Of a stretch of 64,000 nucleotides of DNA, positions 10,038-18,922 are shown piece by piece (positions within the stretch are counted from its first letter, which is position 1; each line of letters begins with the position of its first letter). The notes beneath the pieces were generated by a model that was not told the origin of the DNA, made no database searches, and saw nothing but the letters and a program-made list of their open reading frames with translations. A program made the translations under genes and the position numbers. The DNA is from Candidatus Spongiihabitans sp. (lineage in GTDB: Bacteria; Pseudomonadota; Gammaproteobacteria; Arenicellales; Poriferihabitantaceae): the NCBI RefSeq assembly GCF_965237845.1, contig NZ_OZ250154.1, positions 657,831-721,830 of the forward strand, written 5' to 3'.

Positions 10038-11374
10038 TTGACTACGTGATCAACCTGCCGCCGGAGTTCATCGGCGTCATCATGATCGCGGTGATGCTGT
10101 TCGCGATTTTCATCGGTTTCCCGATCTCCTTCACCCTCATCTTCCTGGGCATGTCGTTCGGCCTGTGGGGCTTCGGGCAACTGGTGTTTTACCTGATGAC
10201 CTTCCAGTTCTCCGGCGTGATGCTGGAGCAAACCCTGGCAGCGGTGCCGTTGTTCATCTTCATGGGCATTTTGATGGAGCAAGCCGGGCTGATGGAAAGA
10301 TTGTTCAACGCCGTGCTGCTGACCTTATCAAGGCTGAAGGGCGCGCTGTATGTCGCCGTTCTGCTGGTGTCCACCGTGTTCGCCGCCGCCACCGGCATCG
10401 TCGGCGCCTCGGTCACCATCCTCGGCATCATGGCCGCCAAGACCATGAACAAATCCGGCTACGACACTAAATTGGCGGCCGGCACCATCACCGCCGGCGG
10501 CACCCTCGGCATCCTCATTCCGCCGAGCATCATGCTGGTGGTCATGGGGCCGATCCTAGAAGTGCCGGTCACCGACCTGTTCGCGGCGGCGATCATCCCC
10601 GGATTCCTGCTCGCCTTCATGTATACCCTGTATGCTCTGCTGCGCTGCCAACTCAACCCCAGCCTCGGCCCGGCACTGCCCGAAGAGATGCGGCCGAAGT
10701 CGATGGCGTATGTGTGGAAGGAATTCTTTTTCGGGCTGGTTCCGCCGGCGGCGCTGGTCGGCTTCGCCCTCGGCAGCATCCTGCTGGGGTTCGCCACCCC
10801 CACCGAAGCCGCCGGCATGGGCGCGTTCGGCGCCTTCCTGCTGGCCGCCGCCTATCGCAAACTGACCTGGACCGGCTTCAAGGACGCGCTCATCAAGACC
10901 CTGGAAATCTCGGCGTTGATCCTGATACTGGTGGCCGCCTCGAATTTCTTCGGCGCGGTGTTCGCGCGGCTCGGCACGCCGACCATGCTGACCAATTACC
11001 TGCTGACGCTGGACATGCCGCCGTATGCCATTCTGCTGATGATCATGGCACTGATATTCGTCCTCGGCTGGCCGTTGGAATGGGTGCCCATCGTGCTCAT
11101 CATCATCCCCATCCTGCTGCCGGTGGTCGAGCAACTCGGCTTCAACCTGGTGTGGTTCGGCATCCTGGTGGCGGTCAACCTGCAAACCGCGTGGCTATCG
11201 CCGCCGGTGGCGCTGTCGGCGTATTTCCTCAAGGGCGTGGTCCCGGAATGGGACCTGAAGGACATTTACGCCGGCATGATGCAGTTCATGGGCATTCAGA
11301 TCGTCGGCTTGTTGTTGATCATATTGTTCCCGCAAATCGCATTATGGCTGCCGACGTATTTGTACGGGCAGTGA
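10034..11374 (+). CDS. TRAP transporter large permease (DctM-type; HpsM-like position)
   Basis: 446 aa from ATG 10034 (MIDYVINLPPEFIGVIMIAVMLFAIFIGFPISFTLIFLGM...). Polytopic, typical DctM sequence. The upstream part of ORF 9662-11374 overlaps dctQ and is discarded. Confidence 0.85.
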   Translation: MIDYVINLPPEFIGVIMIAVMLFAIFIGFPISFTLIFLGMSFGLWGFGQLVFYLMTFQFSGVMLEQTLAAVPLFIFMGILMEQAGLMERLFNAVLLTLSRLKGALYVAVLLVSTVFAAATGIVGASVTILGIMAAKTMNKSGYDTKLAAGTITAGGTLGILIPPSIMLVVMGPILEVPVTDLFAAAIIPGFLLAFMYTLYALLRCQLNPSLGPALPEEMRPKSMAYVWKEFFFGLVPPAALVGFALGSILLGFATPTEAAGMGAFGAFLLAAAYRKLTWTGFKDALIKTLEISALILILVAASNFFGAVFARLGTPTMLTNYLLTLDMPPYAILLMIMALIFVLGWPLEWVPIVLIIIPILLPVVEQLGFNLVWFGILVAVNLQTAWLSPPVALSAYFLKGVVPEWDLKDIYAGMMQFMGIQIVGLLLIILFPQIALWLPTYLYGQ

Positions 11375-12052
11375 TGAAGATATTCCTCGACGTAGGCGGT
11401 CATTTGGGAGAGACGCTTGACGAAGTATTGAAGCCGAATTATCGCTTCGACATCATTCACTGCTTTGAGCCAAGTGGAATGCTACGAGATGCTCAAAAAT
11501 AAATATCAGGATTGGGTCGAACTGCACAATTTCGGCTTGGCTGACTTCGACGACATGCGGGATTTATACGGCGAAGGAATGGGGGCGAGCCTTTTCGCTG
11601 ATAAACAGGATATTGATGACAGCCAGCGCGCAAAGTGTCGGTTTGTTCGGGCAAGTTCGTTCATAAAAGAGCATGTCAAGCAAGACGATTTGGCGGTGAT
11701 GAAACTAAACTGCGAAGGCGGCGAAGTTCTGATTTTGCGCGATTTGATTCAAGGGGGCATCCATTTGCTATCGAACTTGATGGTTGACTTTGACATCTGC
11801 AAAATACCTTCGCAACGCTCGGAGGAAGCGAGAATAAAAGCCGAATTAAGCACTGCCGGATTCACCAATTATGTTACGCCAAGGCAAATGATGGTGGGCA
11901 GGACCCATCAAGCCAGGATTGGCTTTTGGTTGTCTAATCTGCCTAATGCAGATGAATTCATGGAATTGACGCCGATGCAGAAAGTCATGCGCCGTCTACC
12001 CATGTCAATCAGGCGCCTTATTCAAAGAAACCGAAGAAAACCGCGCAAGTAA
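11374..12052 (+). pseudogene. FkbM-family SAM methyltransferase-like gene split by an apparent 1-nt frameshift near 11472-11474
   Basis: Frame 1 from ATG 11374 (overlapping the dctM stop, TGATG) gives MKIFLDVGGHLGETLDEVLKPNYRFDIIHCFEPS and then stops at 11502. The family continues in the next frame (VECYEMLKNKYQ...AVMKLNCEGGEVLILRDL). Noticeably lower GC than flanking genes. Confidence 0.45.
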
Positions 12053-12149
12053 TCACATCGTGGAGCCAGATTTCGACAGCCTCGGCGCCGCGGTTGTGGC
12101 GGTATGAAAGTTGTGAACTCTGTATAATGCCGCCAACGAAGCCAACGCC

Positions 12150-13451
12150 ATGACCATCCAGCATATCAAACGCGCGCAAAACACCCCCGTCACTGGCGAG
12201 GACGACACGCGCAAACTCGTACAGGACATGCTGCGCGAAATAGAACAAGGCGGCGAAGCGCGCGTCAAAGAATACGCCCGCGAACTGGACGGCTGGGAGC
12301 AGGACATCGTCGTCAGCCGCGAGCAAATCAACGCGGCGGGCGCGTCGTTGAGCGCGCAAACGCGGGAGGACATCGAGTTTTCTCACGCCCGCGTCAAGCG
12401 CTTCGCCGAGGCGCAACTCGCGAGCATGGGCGAATTTGAAACCGAATTGTCCCCCGGCCTGTTCGCCGGCCAGCGCTTGATCGCGGTGAACACCGCCGGG
12501 TGCTACGTGCCCGGCGGGCGTTATGCCCACATCGCCTCGGCCATCATGAGCATCACCACCGCAAAGGTCGCCGGGGTCAGACACATCGTCGCCTGCTCCC
12601 CCGCCCACAAAGACCGCGGCGTCCATCCGGCGATTTTGTACGCCGCCGACCTCGCCGGTGCCGACACCATCCTCGCCCTGGGTGGCGTGCAGGGCGTCGC
12701 CGCCATGGCCTTTGGGCATTTCACCGGACATGCGGCGGACATTCTCGTCGGCCCCGGAAACCGCTTCGTCGCCGAAGCCAAGCGCATTTTATATGGCCGC
12801 GTCGGCATTGATTTATTCGCCGGCCCGACTGAAATTCTCGTGGTTGCCGACCATTCCGCCGACCCCGAACTGGTCGCCTCGGACCTCGTCGGTCAGGCCG
12901 AACACGGGCCGGATTCACCGGCCTGGTTGGTCACCACTTCGGCGGCGCTGGCGAAAAAAGTCATGGAACTTATGCCCGCCTATATTGAACGACTGCCGCA
13001 GCCCAACCGCTCGACAACCGAAACTTCATGGCGGGATTACGGCGAGGTGGTGGTGGTCGAGAGCGCCGAGGAAGCTGTGCGGGTCAGCAATGAATACGCG
13101 CCGGAGCATCTGGAAGTGCACTGTGAAAACCTCGACTGGTGGTTGCGGCATTTAAGCAACTACGGCTCGCTGTTCCTCGGCGAGGAAACCACGGTCGCCT
13201 ATGGCGACAAGTGCTCGGGCACCAACCACATCCTGCCCACCAAAGGCGCGGCGCGCTACACCGGCGGACTCAGCGTCGGCAAGTTCATCAAGGTGCTGAC
13301 CTGGCAACGCATGACCGAGGGAGCCAATCGCGAAGTCGGTGCGGTAACCGCCAGAATATCCCGCGCCGAAGGTATGCACGGCCACGCCCTCACCGGCGAC
13401 GACCGGCTGGCCAAGTACTTCCCCGGCGAAAAGTTTGATCTTGGGCATTAA
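12150..13451 (+). CDS. Histidinol-dehydrogenase-family NAD dehydrogenase (HisD paralog; HpsN-like, candidate sulfopropanediol 3-dehydrogenase)
   Basis: 433 aa with HisD-family motifs (LALGGVQGVAAMAFG, GPGNRFVAEAKR, DLVGQAEHGPDS, CSGTNHILPT). No other his genes nearby. Sits between a TRAP system and an SDR/Zn-ADH pair. Confidence 0.7.
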   Translation: MTIQHIKRAQNTPVTGEDDTRKLVQDMLREIEQGGEARVKEYARELDGWEQDIVVSREQINAAGASLSAQTREDIEFSHARVKRFAEAQLASMGEFETELSPGLFAGQRLIAVNTAGCYVPGGRYAHIASAIMSITTAKVAGVRHIVACSPAHKDRGVHPAILYAADLAGADTILALGGVQGVAAMAFGHFTGHAADILVGPGNRFVAEAKRILYGRVGIDLFAGPTEILVVADHSADPELVASDLVGQAEHGPDSPAWLVTTSAALAKKVMELMPAYIERLPQPNRSTTETSWRDYGEVVVVESAEEAVRVSNEYAPEHLEVHCENLDWWLRHLSNYGSLFLGEETTVAYGDKCSGTNHILPTKGAARYTGGLSVGKFIKVLTWQRMTEGANREVGAVTARISRAEGMHGHALTGDDRLAKYFPGEKFDLGH

Positions 13452-13510
13452 CCCGCCGCCCGGCCGTGCGCTGACTTCATCCGCCTTGCTCTGACAAGCC
13501 CGCCTTCGGT

Positions 13511-14293
13511 ATGCCCGCGCTCGACATTCAATCACAATTCGGCCTCGACGGGCGGGTAATGGTCATCGCCGGCGCAAGCAGCGGCATTGGCCGCGCCATG
13601 GCGGGGTTCCTCGCCGCCGCCGGGGCATCGGTGGTGCTGGTGGCGCGGCGCGAAGCGGAACTGCAGGACGCCGCCAAAGAAATTCACGCCAGCGGCACCG
13701 GTGGAAACGCCTCGGTGGTGGCGGCCGACCTCACCGACTTTGCCAGCGTCGCCGACACCGCGCATCGGTGCGAGCGGGCGTTTGGCAAGGTGGACGGCGT
13801 GATTAATGCGATGGGCATCAACCTGCGCCAGCCGGTGGACGAAGTAACCGTGGCGGACTGGAATCAAACCCTGCACCTTAACCTGTCGGCGCCGTTTTTT
13901 TTCAGCCGGGAATTTGTCAAAGGCATGAAACAACGCCGCTACGGCCGAATCATCAACATCGCCTCGTTGCAATCCGTGCGCGCCGATGTTAACGGCCTCG
14001 CCTACGGCGCCGCCAAAGGCGGGGTGCGTCAACTCACGCGCGCCATGGCCGAAGCCTGGTCGCGGCACCATATCACCTGCAACGCCATCGCCCCGGGGGT
14101 CTTTCCGACCCGGTTGACCCGGGTGATTTTCGACGACCCGGAAAAAGCCGCCGAGAAAGCCGCGCGCACCGCCATCGGGCGCAACGGCGAAATGGCCGAC
14201 CTGTTCGGCGCCACGATTTTTTTCGCCTCCCCGGCCAGCGGTTACATCACCGGCCAGACGTTGTTCGTTGATGGCGGCTATACCGCGAAGTAA
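13511..14293 (+). CDS. Short-chain dehydrogenase/reductase (HpsO-like position)
   Basis: VMVIAGASSGIGRAMAGFLAAAGASVVLVAR cofactor motif and catalytic YGAAKGG (YxxxK). Confidence 0.85.
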   Translation: MPALDIQSQFGLDGRVMVIAGASSGIGRAMAGFLAAAGASVVLVARREAELQDAAKEIHASGTGGNASVVAADLTDFASVADTAHRCERAFGKVDGVINAMGINLRQPVDEVTVADWNQTLHLNLSAPFFFSREFVKGMKQRRYGRIINIASLQSVRADVNGLAYGAAKGGVRQLTRAMAEAWSRHHITCNAIAPGVFPTRLTRVIFDDPEKAAEKAARTAIGRNGEMADLFGATIFFASPASGYITGQTLFVDGGYTAK

Positions 14294-14390
14294 TGGCCCC
14301 GGAAAATCAAAAGACCAAACTGGCGTGGTTTGACTGGCTGCCGGACTGCGCGGCTGTGGAGTTAGGCGTGGTTAAGTGTATAGTTGCCCC

Positions 14391-15395
14391 ATGAAAGCCC
14401 TGGTTTACACCGCCAACGAGGAAATGACCTACCGGGATGAGCCGCCGCCCCGCCCTGGCCCCGGCGACGCGCTCATCGCCATCGATTCGGTTGGCATCTG
14501 CGGCTCGGACATGCACGCCTATCTTGGTCATGATGCGCGCCGCACTCCCCCATTGATATTGGGTCACGAAGCGGTTGGCACGGTCATGCAGGGGCCGCAA
14601 TCCGGTCAAAAAGTCTTGCTCAACCCGTTGATCACCTGTGGCAAATGCCGCGACTGCCTTGGCGGCCGACAAAACCTGTGCGCGCAACGGGACTTGATCG
14701 GCATGGTGCGCCCCGGCGCGTTTGCCGAACAAATCGCCATTCCGGAGCGCAACTTGATCCCGTTGCCGCCGGGCATGGACGCGCACAAAGCCGCGCTGAC
14801 CGAGCCCGCCGCAACCGCGCTACACGCGGTCGCCCTCGCGGAAAAATCCTTGGCAAGGTCGATAAGCGAAACCCGCGCGTTGGTCATCGGCGGCGGCTCG
14901 GTGGGTTTGTTGTGCGCGTTGATTCTACAAGACAAGGGCGTCGGCGAAGTCCACCTCGCCGAGACCAACGCGCTACGGCGGGATGCGGTGCGCGACCGCG
15001 GCGGCTGGCGGGGCGATGGCTTGCGCGTCTTCGACCCGCTGGCCGACCGACCCGCTGCCGCCGTATTCGATGTCGTCTTCGACGCCGTCGGCGGTGCAAC
15101 CACCCGCACCACCAGCGTCCAATGCATCCGTCCCGGCGGGGTGATCGTGCACATCGGCTTGCTCAACGCCGAAGGGGAACTCGATGTGCGCGCCATGACG
15201 CTACAGGAAATTACCTTCATCGGCAGCTACACCTATACCCCGAACGATTTACGCATCGCCCTCGGCAAGCTCCACAGCGGCGCATTGGGCGAGCTTGGTT
15301 GGTTGGAGCAACGACCGCTGGCAAACGGCGCGCGCGCCTTCAAAAATCTGTTGCAAGGCAAATGCCCGGCGCCGAAAATTATCCTTAAAATATAA
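14391..15395 (+). CDS. Zinc-dependent medium-chain alcohol dehydrogenase (HpsP-like position)
   Basis: MKALVY..., GICGSDMHAYLGHD, GHEAVGTV, structural-zinc CGKCRDCLGGRQNLC and GGGSVGLL NAD motif. ATG at 14391 preferred over ORF start 14376. Confidence 0.85.
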   Translation: MKALVYTANEEMTYRDEPPPRPGPGDALIAIDSVGICGSDMHAYLGHDARRTPPLILGHEAVGTVMQGPQSGQKVLLNPLITCGKCRDCLGGRQNLCAQRDLIGMVRPGAFAEQIAIPERNLIPLPPGMDAHKAALTEPAATALHAVALAEKSLARSISETRALVIGGGSVGLLCALILQDKGVGEVHLAETNALRRDAVRDRGGWRGDGLRVFDPLADRPAAAVFDVVFDAVGGATTRTTSVQCIRPGGVIVHIGLLNAEGELDVRAMTLQEITFIGSYTYTPNDLRIALGKLHSGALGELGWLEQRPLANGARAFKNLLQGKCPAPKIILKI

Positions 15396-15439
15396 TAAAC
15401 GAACGAAACCGCCCGCCGACAACCCGGCATCGTCTTCGA

Positions 15440-16789
15440 TTACCTTAACGTCACCAACTCTTCGGCAGCAGTCGGATGAATCGCCACCGTATTGTCAAAA
15501 TCCTGTTTGGTTGCACCCATTTTAACCGCTACGGCAAAGCCCTGTATCATTTCATCGGCGCCGCGACCGACAACATGACAGCCGACCACGCGCTGGTCCG
15601 CGCCGTGGACGATGAGTTTTACCAGTGTGCGCGGTTTGTGTTCGGTGACAGCGTAGTGTATGTCGATGAAAAAATTCTTGTATATTTTAATTTCATTCTC
15701 ACCATATTTTGCCCGTGCCTCGGCTTCCGACAAACCCACGCTGCCGACCGGCGGATGGGAGAAAATAACCGTCGGGATATTCTCGTAGTCGAGTCTTGCA
15801 TCAGTCTGATTATCGAATAATCGGTCGGCAAGTTTTCGACCGGCGGCGATGGCAACCGGGGTGAGTTGGGCTCTGTGAGTAACATCGCCCACCGCATAGA
15901 TGCCCTTCGCCGAGCTGTTTTGAAACTCATCGGTCTGTATACGCCCGCGCGCATCCACTTCAACGCCGGCAACTTCCAGATTTAGACTGGCAATGTTAGT
16001 GTGTCGTCCAATCGCCCAGATGATGCAATCAAATTCATCCGTGCCATTGCCTTCATTATCACGATACCCCAGAGAATCGTTTCCTTTTACCAGCGATTGC
16101 AACGCTATTTTGGTCATTATCTCAATACCGCTTTGCTGCATTTGCGCCATAACCATCTCATGCACATCGTGATCAAAAGTCCTGAGCAGTTTGTCCTTGC
16201 GTAATAGCATGGAAACTTCGCTGCCCAGCCCATGCATCAAGCCGGCCAATTCGGTGGCGATGTAACCAGCGCCAATGACCAGAATTTTTTTCGGCTGATG
16301 TGCCAGTTTAAAGAAACCATCGCTGGTAATCCCGAGTTCGGCGCCGGGCATATTCGGCACGCTGGGCGCTCCCCCGGTGGCGATAAGGATATGGTCTGCA
16401 TGGCATTCATCGCTATTCACCACAATGCCATTGCCAGAGCTAAATCTGGCTTTTCCGCGAATGAGCGATACCCCGGAGTCATCAAGATTGCGTCCATAAA
16501 TATCATTTAATCGGGACACATAAGCGTCTCTTGCTTGCTTGATCGTCTGCCAGTCAAACCCCAGTCGATCGATGCGAAAGCCGTAATCTTTCGCTGACTC
16601 CAGAGTTTCATTTATTTGGGAGGTTGTCCACATTACTTTCTTCGGCACACAACCCACATTGACACATGTTCCCCCCAGAGGGCCGGATTCGATCAGCAGG
16701 ACTTTCGCGCCATATTGTGCGGCGCGCCGGGCAGATGCGATACCTCCGCTTCCGCCGCCAATGACGATAAAATCAAACCTCTCAGACAT
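15440..16789 (-). CDS. gor: Glutathione-disulfide reductase
   Basis: [20 protein letters not shown], redox-active [14 protein letters not shown]-terminal [12 protein letters not shown]. 449 aa. Confidence 0.9.
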   Translation of the reverse strand: MSERFDFIVIGGGSGGIASARRAAQYGAKVLLIESGPLGGTCVNVGCVPKKVMWTTSQINETLESAKDYGFRIDRLGFDWQTIKQARDAYVSRLNDIYGRNLDDSGVSLIRGKARFSSGNGIVVNSDECHADHILIATGGAPSVPNMPGAELGITSDGFFKLAHQPKKILVIGAGYIATELAGLMHGLGSEVSMLLRKDKLLRTFDHDVHEMVMAQMQQSGIEIMTKIALQSLVKGNDSLGYRDNEGNGTDEFDCIIWAIGRHTNIASLNLEVAGVEVDARGRIQTDEFQNSSAKGIYAVGDVTHRAQLTPVAIAAGRKLADRLFDNQTDARLDYENIPTVIFSHPPVGSVGLSEAEARAKYGENEIKIYKNFFIDIHYAVTEHKPRTLVKLIVHGADQRVVGCHVVGRGADEMIQGFAVAVKMGATKQDFDNTVAIHPTAAEELVTLR

Positions 16790-16826
16790 TTAACCACACC
16801 TTAATAACTTGCCCTAATAACTTGAA

Positions 16827-17060
16827 ATGGAAAATAATAATCCGCTGCTGGATGTTAGCGGCTGGCTGCGCTGCAACGAAATCAAACCCGAGCATATCAA
16901 ACCTGCGGTGGACTATATGCTGAATTGCAACCGCAATCAAATTGCAAAACTAGACCGCGTCCAGCGCCACCCAGACTTGGCAAAATTTTATGCAGCCGCT
17001 GGAATATTTATCCGATCGCCTAGCGCGTTTGTGGGCGCCTGTTTTCCATTTGAACAGTGT
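16827..17060 (+). pseudogene. prlC: Oligopeptidase A (PrlC) 5' remnant, frameshifted and truncated at an IS end
   Basis: NPLL...IKPEHIKPAVDYMLNCNRNQIAKL matches the PrlC N-terminus. The family sequence then continues in the +1 frame (QTWQNFMQPLEYLSDRLARLWAPVFHLNSV) up to the IS inverted repeat at 17058. About 600 codons are missing. Confidence 0.65.
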
Positions 17061-17585
17061 CCGGGCTCAGACACAAATGAGACTATTAAGAGGATAAAAA
17101 ATCGGGCAGTCTGAGGTGAAATCCTTTCACTTAAATCACGGGAGACTGCCCGATGCAGATCAAAAGCCTGCGAATCCAATCATGACCGCCAAGGATGTCG
17201 GAAATGCAGGTTTTGCAGGAGCGAAAACCTGTTCGCAGTTGGGCGATTGCCGATACCGCCAGTGAACCCGCAATCAATCGAATGAGGAAACCGGCACTGT
17301 ATGCCGAGCTCAAATCAGCAGGCGGCACGACGGGGTTATGCCTGAAAACCATCGGCGGGTCATGGAACGGTTGCGTCGAGCGCGCCAATGCAGTCGTTAT
17401 GAGCGCTGCCCGTTGTATGAAGGCCGGTTGACGGTGACCGCGATCAACCAGGAACGGGTGCATTACCCGTGGCCCTATAATCATTACCGACCACACGATA
17501 GTTTGGATTTAATGACGCCGATGGCGTATTATCGGCAACTCGCCTTGGCAACCTGATTTTGTCTCATTTCTGGTGAACCCGGACA
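17058..17585 (+). mobile_element. 528-bp internal-deletion derivative of an rve-type DDE (IS481/IS3-like) insertion sequence, with both imperfect terminal inverted repeats
   Basis: Left end is tgtccgggctcagacacaaatgagac. The right end, read in reverse complement, is tgtccgggttcaccagaaatgagac. Residual transposase pieces are NGCVERANAVV and YNHYRPHDSLDLMTPMAYY. The first ~190 bp are about 90 percent identical by eye to 41337-41530. Confidence 0.7.
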
Positions 17586-17724
17586 AGGTAATTGACGACA
17601 AGGCTTTAGACGGCTAGAATCCCGCGTCCCTGTAAATCCGGTGATTTCCTCGTAAATATCCTTGGACTTCTGCGAGTAGGTAGGTAGACATGAGGTAGGG
17701 GATGATCGAGTCAGGTTTAAGTAA

Positions 17725-17753
17725 TTGACTAAATTTGATTCGGCGGCTAATAG
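17725..17753 (+). promoter_or_regulatory. Possible sigma-70 promoter for rplU-rpmA
   Basis: TTGACT (17725-17730), a 17-nt spacer, then TAATAG (17748-17753), about 25 nt upstream of the rplU ATG. Sequence pattern only. Confidence 0.25.
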
Positions 17754-17778
17754 AATAAACAATTGAAGAATTTATACA

Positions 17779-18396
17779 ATGTATGCAGTAATCGAAACGG
17801 GCGGCAAACAATATAAAGTTGCTATTGGTGATAAGTTAAAAGTGGAAAAACTAGCCGTTGCGGAGGGTGATTCGGTCAGTCTGGGTCGCGTGTTGATGAT
17901 AGCAGACGGTGACAAAGTCACCGTTGGATCGCCAGTGCTTGAAAGCCCGGTCATCGCGACAGTGGTATCCCATGGCCGGGCCGGGAAAATCAAGGTTTTC
18001 AAAATGAAACGACGTAAAAACTATCGTCGTACTCAGGGACATCGCCAATCATTCACAGAGATCGAAATTACGGGTATTGGTGGCGCAGGTGGTGCTGGGC
18101 TTTCTCGCGCATCAACTTCTGAAAAGAAAACGACCGCTGTCAAGACCGCCGCCGAGAACACCAAGACGGCAGGCAATAAAACCACGACGGGCGACAATAT
18201 GGGCGATGACCTAACCCGGATAAAGGGTATTGGTTCAGTGATCGAGAAAAAATTGCTCGCCATGAAGATAACCACGTTTAAGCAAATTGCTGAATTTGAT
18301 CAAGCCAAAATTGACCAGATTAATGAACAACTGAGTTTGAAAGGCAGGATTGAGCGGGAAAAGTGGGTTCAACAAGCGAATAAACTGGCAATTTAG
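17779..18396 (+). CDS. rplU: 50S ribosomal protein L21 with a ~100-aa C-terminal extension
   Basis: [14 protein letters not shown]...[23 protein letters not shown] is a complete L21 (~101 aa). It continues in frame through a G/A/T/K-rich linker into [31 protein letters not shown]...[17 protein letters not shown]. Confidence 0.9.
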   Translation: MYAVIETGGKQYKVAIGDKLKVEKLAVAEGDSVSLGRVLMIADGDKVTVGSPVLESPVIATVVSHGRAGKIKVFKMKRRKNYRRTQGHRQSFTEIEITGIGGAGGAGLSRASTSEKKTTAVKTAAENTKTAGNKTTTGDNMGDDLTRIKGIGSVIEKKLLAMKITTFKQIAEFDQAKIDQINEQLSLKGRIEREKWVQQANKLAI

Positions 18397-18443
18397 ACAG
18401 TTTGTTTATTCGATACTAAACCAGAAAAAGACTGAGGCGTCTC

Positions 18444-18695
18444 ATGGCACACAAAAAAGCAGGCGGTAGTTCCAGAAACGGTCGAGATTCCGCATCCAAA
18501 CGGCTTGGCGTTAAGAAGTTCGGCGGTCAACAGGTTGTTGCAGGAAATATTATTGTAAGACAACGCGGCAGTTCGTTTCATCCAGGAAAAAACACCCGCC
18601 TCGGAAAAGACTTCACATTGTTCGCAACCGCGCCAGGCAAAGTATTATTTGAAACAAAAGGTCTCAAAAAGCGCAGAACAATAAGTATCGTCTGA
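18444..18695 (+). CDS. rpmA: 50S ribosomal protein L27
   Basis: [29 protein letters not shown]... canonical L27. Confidence 0.95.
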   Translation: MAHKKAGGSSRNGRDSASKRLGVKKFGGQQVVAGNIIVRQRGSSFHPGKNTRLGKDFTLFATAPGKVLFETKGLKKRRTISIV

Positions 18696-18728
18696 GTTAA
18701 GGTTCGGGAAATAATGGAACACAAAAAA

Positions 18729-18758
18729 CCCCGCTTTGGTGACAAAGCGGGGTTTTTT
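18729..18758 (+). terminator. Rho-independent terminator after rpmA
   Basis: 10-bp stem ccccgctttg / caaagcgggg, loop gtga, then six T (18753-18758). Confidence 0.8.
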
Positions 18759-18922
18759 GTGGCTTGGATGGTCGGGCAGATTTTGCGCCTCGACATTTCC
18801 GCAAGCCCTTTCGGTTATGTTCACGACTCCACGGAAGCAGGATGTAGAATCAAGCGCAAAGCAGAATCAAGGAGCGGCTATGATGACAAAAGTTTATAGT
18901 TAAACATTTTTTAAAATATAAA

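Noticed and set aside
8286-15388. Many long alternative-frame or antisense ORFs across the GC-rich block (8286-9140 -, 10556-11185 -, 10714-11502 +, 12018-12731 -, 13532-14071 -, 14606-15220 -, 14645-15388 +, and others)
   Set aside because: All overlap genes with clear family signatures. All have Arg/Pro/Gly/Ala-biased translations and lack motifs. The exception is the last 43 codons of 10714-11502, which are the real N-terminus of the FkbM-like gene.
17131-17496. 121-aa minus-strand ORF, and its counterpart at 41410-41688, sharing WIRRLLICIGQ(S/A)PVI
   Set aside because: The shared peptide simply reflects the repeated IS end read on the opposite strand. Rve-type transposase remnants are on the plus strand.
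18880-18903. 7-codon mini-ORF (MMTKVYS) with AAGGAG upstream, in the obg leader
   Set aside because: It could be a leader peptide. However, there is no attenuator-like structure or conservation evidence, and a chance occurrence is plausible in AT-rich DNA.
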